A DNA stretch of 64,000 bases from Mageeibacillus sp. UBA6976 (GTDB lineage: Bacteria; Bacillota; Clostridia; Saccharofermentanales; Saccharofermentanaceae): assembly GCA_002450155.1 (NCBI GenBank), contig DJYO01000032.1:74-64073 (forward strand), in the 5' to 3' direction. Position 1 is the first letter of the stretch. Each line of letters opens with the position of its first letter. The notes beneath the pieces were generated by a model. The model saw only the letters and a list, made by a program, of their open reading frames with translations. It ran no database searches and was not told the DNA's origin. A program made the translations under genes and the position numbers. This document shows positions 1 through 7,527 of this stretch, one piece after another.

Positions 1-14
1 TTGTTCTTTGGACG

Positions 15-59
15 CTCCTAAGCGGTAGGCCAGCGGTTCGAATCCGCTCACGATCACCA
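15..59 (+). mobile_element. 3' half of tRNA-Arg(CCT); putative att site (attR) of an element lying left of the window
   Basis: CTCCTAA loop, GCGGT, AGGCC, T-arm AGCGG-TTCGAAT-CCGCT, CACGATC-A-CCA. Bases 1-14 cannot form the 5' anticodon stem (ACCGC expected, GGACG seen) or a D-arm. Confidence 0.7.
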
Positions 60-65
60 AATATA

Positions 66-91
66 AAGGGATTAGATAAGTCTGATCCCTT
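66..91. terminator. bidirectional intrinsic terminator hairpin
   Basis: AAGGGATTAGA-TAAG-TCTGATCCCTT between the convergent tRNA fragment and the ORF ending at 101. Confidence 0.75.
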
Positions 92-100
92 ATTTAATTG

Positions 101-1231
101 TCATGATATTACCTCGATCAGCATAAGGACCAGGGATATCAAGACCAGGTAGAACGGCAGGCCTTCAACATATCTAATCTTCGGGACAAAGATAAGACGT
201 CTTCTGATAACGGCAAGAAGGCCTGTGATTATTATGTCTGTAAGTATGATTATGACCGCCCACTTGATTATAGTTACGATCTCAGGGAGTTCAGGAAGCG
301 CCGTCATAAAAGGCAGGACAAAGCAAACTGCTGAGAAAGATACTTCTGCCAAAAGATATCTGCTTCCAAAGATGGATTTACGGTCCCCTCCCCTGCCTGC
401 CAGGATCATGAGCACACCAAGACCTACTGCAATACCTGCCGTCACAGGAAACATAAGATAAGAAGCAACCCTGCCTGTAAAGATAGATATGGCAAGCAGA
501 GCTGCCACTACGCCTGCAAGCACAAGCCCGAGCTGAAGCCTTGTAAATACAAAACGTCTGAGCTCTTCGATATCCGATACCGGGATATTCCAGAATTCAG
601 TAAGGGACTTGGATGTAAGATAAGATCTCTTGCCTGTAAGCTTGTTCCTTAGATAAGCAAAAACCACAAGGAACATAGTTGAAGAAAGGAGCGAAATAAA
701 GACAAATACCCTCTCGAAGAGAAGAGATCCGAAATAACCGAACACGGCTGCAAAAACAGCGATTATAAAGGGTTTATAAACCTCTTCCCAAAGCCCGGCA
801 ATCGTATATTCCTCACTGCCATCTGCTTTGAATCTTCCCAGCATCATAATACCCATCGCCATAGGTACAAAGAACACCGGGGCGGTCCCGGAGCAAAGCC
901 CGTATCTTTGAGACAAAAGGCATAATCCGTAAAACATAAGCTCAAGGATAAACAATGTAAGCGGAGCCAGCTTACGGGGCATAAAGAACCTCATCGACAC
1001 TGCCCAGAGAGTAAGCACTATAAGAGCAGTAAGGACAGGCCACCAAAGGAAAGTATTCTCAAAGTGCCAGATAAGACTGAAAGATACGAGGGTAAATCCC
1101 AGGAATAAAGATGCCCTTGTAGTCATGTACATGGGCGCACTGACATGGAGCGCTGACGGAGCCTGCTTTATATGCTGTCTTCCTTCTTCTGTATCGAAGG
1201 GAGTATTGTATTTCTCGGTAAACAGTCCCAT
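101..1231 (-). CDS. polytopic membrane protein, divergent RnfE-RnfA-like fusion
   Basis: 376 aa with many TM helices. N-half 'MRFFMPRKLAPL...FFVPMAMGIMMLGRF' resembles RnfE; C-end 'GLLAVIRRRLIFVPKIRYVEGLPFYLV' resembles RnfA. Starts 1 nt after the rnfG-like stop. Confidence 0.6.
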   Translation of the reverse strand: MGLFTEKYNTPFDTEEGRQHIKQAPSALHVSAPMYMTTRASLFLGFTLVSFSLIWHFENTFLWWPVLTALIVLTLWAVSMRFFMPRKLAPLTLFILELMFYGLCLLSQRYGLCSGTAPVFFVPMAMGIMMLGRFKADGSEEYTIAGLWEEVYKPFIIAVFAAVFGYFGSLLFERVFVFISLLSSTMFLVVFAYLRNKLTGKRSYLTSKSLTEFWNIPVSDIEELRRFVFTRLQLGLVLAGVVAALLAISIFTGRVASYLMFPVTAGIAVGLGVLMILAGRGGDRKSIFGSRYLLAEVSFSAVCFVLPFMTALPELPEIVTIIKWAVIIILTDIIITGLLAVIRRRLIFVPKIRYVEGLPFYLVLISLVLMLIEVIS

Positions 1232-1232
1232 A

Positions 1233-2588
1233 TCACACCAACCAGTTAAGATAATCCTTGAGGAATTTGTAGCAGGTATTGCATATATGAACTACCTGTC
1301 TCGTCTCATCAAAAGCGTTGTTTACAGGAGTTATCCTGGTAACGATCTCAGACATCGGCAGATCATCAATACTGTCCGTAAGTATCTGGTCAGACTCCCT
1401 GCCCGTATTGATTATTCCGTCTTCACTTCCGTCAGGAGAAAGATCCTGTTCAACATATGGTGTAGGCGAAGGCAGCGCCGGGTCATTTGCCTCATTTCCT
1501 GAAGGCTGTTCGTTGGTTGCGATCTGTCTTATGCTAAGATAGCCGATCGCCTCTGCCTCTCCGTCTTCGTCGGGATCACCATATACCGTATAGACCTCGG
1601 GATAATCCTTGAATGAGAATACTATAAACCCGTCATCGTTAAGATATCCTAAAGTCTCGCTGTCAGCACCCAGAAGCTCTGTAAGGATCTCATCTATTGC
1701 CTTGTAGTACCTGTACTTATTGAAACCATATCTTGCATTCTCGATACACTCATTGGACAGTTGTACAAAAGCGGAGATATTGCATGTAACGCCTTCTATG
1801 ATCTCTGTAGTGCCGTCTGACTTCATGGCAAGTTTCTCCGGATCCTGCCACTCGAGCAGAGCATGGCAGACATTGTAAGACTGGGTGGCCCAGTCAAGAC
1901 CGGAAACTTCGTATGCACCTGATAAGGAAGCGGCGCTTCTGTTCTCCGTGGTAGGATCCATATTGAATGCATCCCATTTGACCTTGGTAATGACACCGCC
2001 CTCGATTTCGATCTCAACGTAGTCGATGTAGCCTAATTTGTCATCTACATATTCCTGAGCATAGTAAGTACCGTCTATAAGGTCAGTTGTCACCGGCTCT
2101 TCGGCGTCATCTATCACTGTATCTGCAGGCTCTTCTTCTGCAAAAGCAATGGGGATGGGCTTACCTATAAGCCTGTTCTGTATTGACTGCAATACAAGAT
2201 CCGTGATGGTATATGGGTTATCCGTATCGTTTAAATACCTGATACCCGTTATGCTGGCATTCTCATAGTCAATGCCGACCAGCATATGAAGCTGCCTTCC
2301 GTCAGGGCTGGTGGTTATGTCGACAACATAGCCCACAGCGGCTCCGTCTTTGTCATAGCCCATAAACACTGAATTGATGTCTGGATAGTCCTTGAGCACA
2401 GAAGTATTAAGTGGTTCGTAGCTGTCAGCTGTAAGGACAGATGAGAATCTGGCTATATATTCGTCCTGCTTACGTGCAGCCTGATTGCCGGAGGACAGGA
2501 AGAAACCGCCGATTACAACAAATACGGCCAGGAGAAGCAGTCCTAACCCCTCTAAAAGGAATATCCTCAGCTGAGCACGGGTCATCAT
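1233..2588 (-). CDS. elongated RnfG-like / FMN-binding domain membrane-anchored protein
   Basis: Start reassigned to ATG 2588 (GGGAGG RBS, ATGA overlap with rnfD stop). N-terminal TM helix, RnfG-like segment (MLVGIDYENASITGIRYL), a second FMN_bind-like domain (DGTYYA...YVEIEIEGGVITKVKWD), acidic tail. Confidence 0.65.
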   Translation of the reverse strand: MMTRAQLRIFLLEGLGLLLLAVFVVIGGFFLSSGNQAARKQDEYIARFSSVLTADSYEPLNTSVLKDYPDINSVFMGYDKDGAAVGYVVDITTSPDGRQLHMLVGIDYENASITGIRYLNDTDNPYTITDLVLQSIQNRLIGKPIPIAFAEEEPADTVIDDAEEPVTTDLIDGTYYAQEYVDDKLGYIDYVEIEIEGGVITKVKWDAFNMDPTTENRSAASLSGAYEVSGLDWATQSYNVCHALLEWQDPEKLAMKSDGTTEIIEGVTCNISAFVQLSNECIENARYGFNKYRYYKAIDEILTELLGADSETLGYLNDDGFIVFSFKDYPEVYTVYGDPDEDGEAEAIGYLSIRQIATNEQPSGNEANDPALPSPTPYVEQDLSPDGSEDGIINTGRESDQILTDSIDDLPMSEIVTRITPVNNAFDETRQVVHICNTCYKFLKDYLNWLV

Positions 2589-3547
2589 AAGACATCCACC
2601 TCCCTTGAGCGGCGGTTGCGGCGGGATATTGTCTTGGCAAAGTAGTCTATAACAAAGGACATATAGTTTACAGTAAGTACAGGGGCAAGGAGCGCTATAC
2701 ATATCCCGGTCCCGTTAATTATCAAGATCACGGTAAGTACAGCGCAGACAAAGCCTGCAAAGGCTCCTGCGGCAAATCTTGAAGGCATGGTAGTCAGGTC
2801 GCCCAGCATAAAGACTGCAACGAATACAACTCCTGAAGACATGAGGAATACTAAGAGTTCTCCGTCAGGTACAAAGATACGGTATAAAGCTGTCACCGAG
2901 ATCAGGTAGGATATGGGGGCATAGAGTCTCATCGAACCTTTGATGACCATGAATACGGCGCCTAGAAGAATAGTCAGAACGCAGGCAGTACCGATAAAGC
3001 TCGCATAATTACCGCCTAAGAGCTCAAGAAATGAAAGCCTGGAATAATCGGGAGCCTCCGCGGCCTTGGGAGACATGGATATGAGGCTCGCTACATCGAA
3101 CCATCTCTCCCTTCCGCCCTCGGCAAAACCGGACATATAGGAAGGATACAGAACTTCGACGATAAGCCTTGCGCCTGCTGCAGGATTAAGGATATTGCTT
3201 CCCGCACCGCCAAAGAGCTGCTTTATAACTACAGAGCCGAATAAAACTCCGGCCAGGACCACGATAAGAGGTGTATCCGGCGGAAGCATCAGGGCAAATA
3301 TGATCCCTGATGCAATAGAACTCAAGTCAAAATAATCCTTATCGTTATGGATATGAACTAACCTGGTAAATCCTATATCGGATAAGGAGAACATTATGGC
3401 AGAGAAGAGGATAAGCACCATGGCTCTAAGGCCATAGTAGAATATCGAATAGAACACACAAGGCAGCAGGGATACTGTTATCGTAAGGTAGATATAAGGT
3501 GCATTCTTGTATGTATGGATAAAAGGGGCAAGAGATCTGTCACTCAT
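2585..3547 (-). CDS. rnfD: RnfD/NqrB family membrane subunit (divergent)
   Basis: KQLFGGAGSNILNPAAGAR and FMLGDLTTMP motifs; ATGA overlap with rnfC. Confidence 0.85.
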   Translation of the reverse strand: MSDRSLAPFIHTYKNAPYIYLTITVSLLPCVFYSIFYYGLRAMVLILFSAIMFSLSDIGFTRLVHIHNDKDYFDLSSIASGIIFALMLPPDTPLIVVLAGVLFGSVVIKQLFGGAGSNILNPAAGARLIVEVLYPSYMSGFAEGGRERWFDVASLISMSPKAAEAPDYSRLSFLELLGGNYASFIGTACVLTILLGAVFMVIKGSMRLYAPISYLISVTALYRIFVPDGELLVFLMSSGVVFVAVFMLGDLTTMPSRFAAGAFAGFVCAVLTVILIINGTGICIALLAPVLTVNYMSFVIDYFAKTISRRNRRSREVDVL

Positions 3548-5064
3548 ACGCTCTTACCTCCGTCAAAGGGCAATATTATGGAATCAGGATCAGTCTCGTC
3601 CCTGGAATCTTCCTTATCCGGGAATTCCTCCAAAAGCGATGCCTGCCCTACCATGGCTGCCTCAACTCCTGCTTCTTCTCCGGGTTCTTCGTCTGTGTTA
3701 TGCAAAAGCGAATTGACCTCAATGATCCTTCCCTCATTTGCAAATCTTGCTATGGAAGTTGCAAGGTTTATTCCTGCAGGACAGATATAAGAGCAGCTTC
3801 CACAGGATATACAGTCTCTTGCGCCTTCCTCGGCAGCCTTCTGAGTTAGGCCTTGTACCAGCATCTCGTATACGATATTGGGAGACAGCCCCATAGGGCA
3901 GCACTCAGAGCAAAGACCGCAATGGATACATGGCGTTGTAGGAATCTCGGTCTTGCGGACTATTGAGATTACCGATGTCATCTTTATGATAGGAGTATTC
4001 TCCGGGTCTTCTATCTCTATACCGGTGAGACAGTTGCCCCAGATAACCCTGCTCTCAGTCTTGGTAGATTCATATGCACTGGTAAGGACTTCTGACACCG
4101 GGGTTCCTATGGGAACAAGCATATTATGTCCGCCGGATTCGTTACCCGAGACGGAGATTATCCTGTTCATCATGGGTATGTTATCTGATAAAGCCTCCCA
4201 GCAGGCAAGCATCGTGGAACAGTTAAACAGGACTGCGCCGCAAGTCTGCTCAAGAGTATCACTCATCTCCAGCTGTTTACCGTATAAAGCCTTGGCAACA
4301 AGTCTGTAGTAACCCTGGGGAAAACGCTCACGGAACAATACAACTTCAAGCTTAAGATCCTTGAAGGAGTCCTTTGCCTTCCTGATAGAATTCTCAAGTG
4401 CAGAGCGCTCCGTCTTGCGGCCTAAGGATATAAGGAATCTGACTCTGGTGGCACCGCAGGCTCTGGCACAGGCCAAAGCTCCGAGGACTACATAGTCAGG
4501 GTATTCTACTATAGCCATTAGATCACAGGTCGAATAGGGCTCGCTCTGAAGGCAGTTTACGAGCAGCTCGTTAACTGCATAGTTCCTTGCCCTGTTAAGC
4601 TTGGCATAGGTAGGTATGCCCTCACCGCCCATACCGCATATACCTGCATCTCTTATAACACCGATAGTCTGTTGGGCTGAAAGATCAATGCTCCCTCTGG
4701 ATTTAAGCGAATCAAGCCTGGTCCTCTTCATGTCGTTGTTTATAAATACGGCAGGGGTCTTAATGCCGTTTGGAAGAGTAATGTCTCTTATATCCGTTAC
4801 TCTGCCCGATATTCCTGTGTGCACCGGAGATGAGAAAGACTTTGAATAAGGGATGCCTACGCACTGCCCTACCTTGACAAGATCGCCTTCCTTTACTGTG
4901 GGTACTGCAGGGACGCCATAGTGCATCTTCATGGGGAGAATAACTCTTGAAGGATTTATCTGCTCGAGCATTATCTCCCTGACAAAAGGAGAACGTTTTG
5001 AAAAATTCAAAACGTCCCCTGAAAAAATACCCTTATAAAACGAATGGATCTTGCGTCCTGCCAC
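3544..5064 (-). CDS. rnfC: RnfC/RsxC family subunit (divergent)
   Basis: PTVKEGDLVKVGQ, PVHTGISGRV, AGICGMGGEGIPT, EPY, and two CxxCxxCxxxCP ferredoxin motifs. Confidence 0.85.
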   Translation of the reverse strand: MAGRKIHSFYKGIFSGDVLNFSKRSPFVREIMLEQINPSRVILPMKMHYGVPAVPTVKEGDLVKVGQCVGIPYSKSFSSPVHTGISGRVTDIRDITLPNGIKTPAVFINNDMKRTRLDSLKSRGSIDLSAQQTIGVIRDAGICGMGGEGIPTYAKLNRARNYAVNELLVNCLQSEPYSTCDLMAIVEYPDYVVLGALACARACGATRVRFLISLGRKTERSALENSIRKAKDSFKDLKLEVVLFRERFPQGYYRLVAKALYGKQLEMSDTLEQTCGAVLFNCSTMLACWEALSDNIPMMNRIISVSGNESGGHNMLVPIGTPVSEVLTSAYESTKTESRVIWGNCLTGIEIEDPENTPIIKMTSVISIVRKTEIPTTPCIHCGLCSECCPMGLSPNIVYEMLVQGLTQKAAEEGARDCISCGSCSYICPAGINLATSIARFANEGRIIEVNSLLHNTDEEPGEEAGVEAAMVGQASLLEEFPDKEDSRDETDPDSIILPFDGGKSV

Positions 5065-5081
5065 AAATAATCTCCCGCGTC

Positions 5082-6164
5082 TTAGTCGGTGTAACCTTCC
5101 AGTTTCTTGGATCCTGAAGATCTGGACAGTTTCCTTATGGCCTTGGCCTCGATCTGTCTGATACGCTCTCTTGTAACGCCTAACTTCTTACCGACCTGCT
5201 CAAGTGTCATGGGCACGCCGTCCTTAAGACCGAATCTGAGCTCAATAACCTTACGCTCACGGTCTGTAAGTGTATTGAGAGCCTTGATGAGATCTTCCTT
5301 AAGGAGATTTCTTGCAACTTCTTCGTCAGGAGATGCGAGTTCATCATTGGAGATAAAGTCGACTAAATGGGAGTCCTCCTCTTCGCCTACAGGCTTATCA
5401 ATGGAGATAGGATCCTGAGATATCTTCTGGATCTCACGGATCTTGGCAGGCTCCATGTTCATGGCCTCTGCCAGCTCCTCAGTAGTAGGTTCTCTGCCGA
5501 GATCCTGAACAAGCTGTCTCTGTACTCTGGTGAGCTTGTTAATGGTCTCTACCATATGTACAGGGATCCTGATGGTCCTGGCCTGGTCAGCTATAGCTCT
5601 TGTAATAGCCTGTCTGATCCACCATGTTGCATATGTAGAGAACTTAAATCCTTTGGTGTAATCGAACTTATCAACTGCCTTGATAAGACCGATATTACCT
5701 TCCTGAATAAGATCAAGAAGGGACAGGCCACGGTTCATGTACTTTTTTGCGATGGAGACAACCAGTCTTAGGTTGGAGTTGATAAGCGTCTCCTTGGCAT
5801 CCTCGTCGCCCTCAGCCATACGCTGTGCAATCTCGCGCTCCTCATCTGCCTTGAGCAGCTCGATCTTACCGATCTCCTTAAGATACATCTTGACCGAGTC
5901 ATCAACTACGTTAGCATCATCTGTGCTCTCTTCAATATCTGCATCTGTGGGAACGTCATCGTCGTCGATCACGATATCCATCTCCACTTCAGGCTCGCTT
6001 ATAACGATATTGACCTTCTCCAGTTCTGCTCTGAGATTGAGCATATCGTCCGGGCCCATCTTGTAATTATCTGTGATGGATTCGAGCTCTGCGTCTGTAA
6101 GAGTCTTACCGTTCTTCTCTGCAAGCTTCTGTGCTGCCGCTATTGCCTTCTCAAAATCTGTCAT
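5082..6164 (-). CDS. rpoD: primary RNA polymerase sigma factor SigA/RpoD
   Basis: [65 protein letters not shown]. Confidence 0.97.
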   Translation of the reverse strand: MTDFEKAIAAAQKLAEKNGKTLTDAELESITDNYKMGPDDMLNLRAELEKVNIVISEPEVEMDIVIDDDDVPTDADIEESTDDANVVDDSVKMYLKEIGKIELLKADEEREIAQRMAEGDEDAKETLINSNLRLVVSIAKKYMNRGLSLLDLIQEGNIGLIKAVDKFDYTKGFKFSTYATWWIRQAITRAIADQARTIRIPVHMVETINKLTRVQRQLVQDLGREPTTEELAEAMNMEPAKIREIQKISQDPISIDKPVGEEEDSHLVDFISNDELASPDEEVARNLLKEDLIKALNTLTDRERKVIELRFGLKDGVPMTLEQVGKKLGVTRERIRQIEAKAIRKLSRSSGSKKLEGYTD

Positions 6165-6182
6165 AGAATCACCTTTCTGCCG

Positions 6183-6908
6183 TTACTCAACCAAGGTTAC
6201 GCCCTCCTGCGTAACTCTGAAGATGTTTGTGGGAGTGTAGATCTCTATCATGATATCTTCTGTCTTATCAGAAGAGAAATCACCCTTGCTGTTCCTCAAA
6301 TCGCAGTAGTTAACGTAGATCTGCTGTGCCTGTTCCCTTGTAATCTCATCTGAAGTCTGCACCTTGATATTCTGGCAGTTCCTTCCATAAATGTTGTAGG
6401 CACAATTCCCGTTATCGTCTGCAGTTGTGTCAACCTCACATATTCCGGCAAAGACTCCGTCTATATCCTCACGGACTGAAGCTGCGAGCTTGGTCCTGAA
6501 GTTGTACATAGGAAGAGCGACCGCCAGAACGATACCGACTATTACTACTATGGCTGCCACAAGAGCTACCACATATTTAACAGGGGCCTTGACATCTCCC
6601 GGAGATACCTCAAACTCACTGGGCTGGATCTTAAGGGAGTCCTTGGAATTGGACTTGGAGATCTTATCGCGCTCAACAGCCTTGGTTACTACGTCCGGAG
6701 AGACAGGAGTAGCATAGTAATGCTTACCGCCCTCTGTCTTATCAAACTTCTCATTCTTGAATTCATGTCCCTCAGAATCCTCGAGAAGCGCTATGGCCTC
6801 CTGGGAAGGGAAAACGCAGTGACAGAATACGCATTCACAGTTCTCGTCTCTATCATCAAAGATAACGAGAGCGCCGCAGTTTCTGCACTTACCTTGTTGT
6901 GTTGCCAT
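6183..6908 (-). CDS. hypothetical single-pass membrane protein with N-terminal zinc ribbon
   Basis: CRNC...CVFC at the N-terminus; hydrophobic helix YVVALVAAIVVIVGIVLAVAL; 241 aa. Confidence 0.75.
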   Translation of the reverse strand: MATQQGKCRNCGALVIFDDRDENCECVFCHCVFPSQEAIALLEDSEGHEFKNEKFDKTEGGKHYYATPVSPDVVTKAVERDKISKSNSKDSLKIQPSEFEVSPGDVKAPVKYVVALVAAIVVIVGIVLAVALPMYNFRTKLAASVREDIDGVFAGICEVDTTADDNGNCAYNIYGRNCQNIKVQTSDEITREQAQQIYVNYCDLRNSKGDFSSDKTEDIMIEIYTPTNIFRVTQEGVTLVE

Positions 6909-7050
6909 CTAAAACTGTCCTTTATTATAATATAGCTGCTACAAATAGGCATAATTGTACTTATAGCAAATGTCAAGTATACTCGCCTGATCAGGTCTTG
7001 TCAACTTCCCTTTAGTTTGAATTATCCAATCTTTATCCTATAATACTCAC

Positions 7051-7527
7051 ATGCAGCGCGCTTATGAGGAAAGATTTATGCTTGAGGCCCTTAAGGAGGC
7101 CCGCAAGGCATTCGCCAAAGACGAATGTCCTATCGGCTGCGTTATCGTCAAGGACGGCAAGGTCTTTGTAAGGGCTCATAATCTGAGACTCACCCACAAT
7201 AACGCCCTGGCCCATGCTGAAATAGTTGCCATTAATAAGGCCTGCAAAAAGCTGGGAGACTTCCGTCTCGAAGACTGCGACATGTATGTAACCTTAGAGC
7301 CATGCACCATGTGTGCCGGAGCCATAATCCAGAGCAGGATCCGCAATCTGTATTTCGGAGCTTACGAGCCCAAGAGCGGAGCGGCTGTATCCTGCAACGA
7401 TATCTTCAATGTAGCTCACGGCCATAACCACAAAGTGGAATTCGAAGGCGGCCATATGGAGGCAGAGTGCGCCAAGCTTATGCAGGAGTTCTTCCGCAAT
7501 ATAAGAAAGCGCGACTCCGGCAAGTGA
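7051..7527 (+). CDS. tadA: tRNA adenosine(34) deaminase
   Basis: AHAE, TLEPCTMCAGA, FGAYEPKSGA motifs. Confidence 0.9.
   Translation: MQRAYEERFMLEALKEARKAFAKDECPIGCVIVKDGKVFVRAHNLRLTHNNALAHAEIVAINKACKKLGDFRLEDCDMYVTLEPCTMCAGAIIQSRIRNLYFGAYEPKSGAAVSCNDIFNVAHGHNHKVEFEGGHMEAECAKLMQEFFRNIRKRDSGK

Noticed and set aside
2589-2702. N-terminal 38 aa of the 489-aa ORF 1233..2702
   Set aside because: Overlaps rnfD in another frame; the RBS and ATGA coupling point to 2588 as the start.
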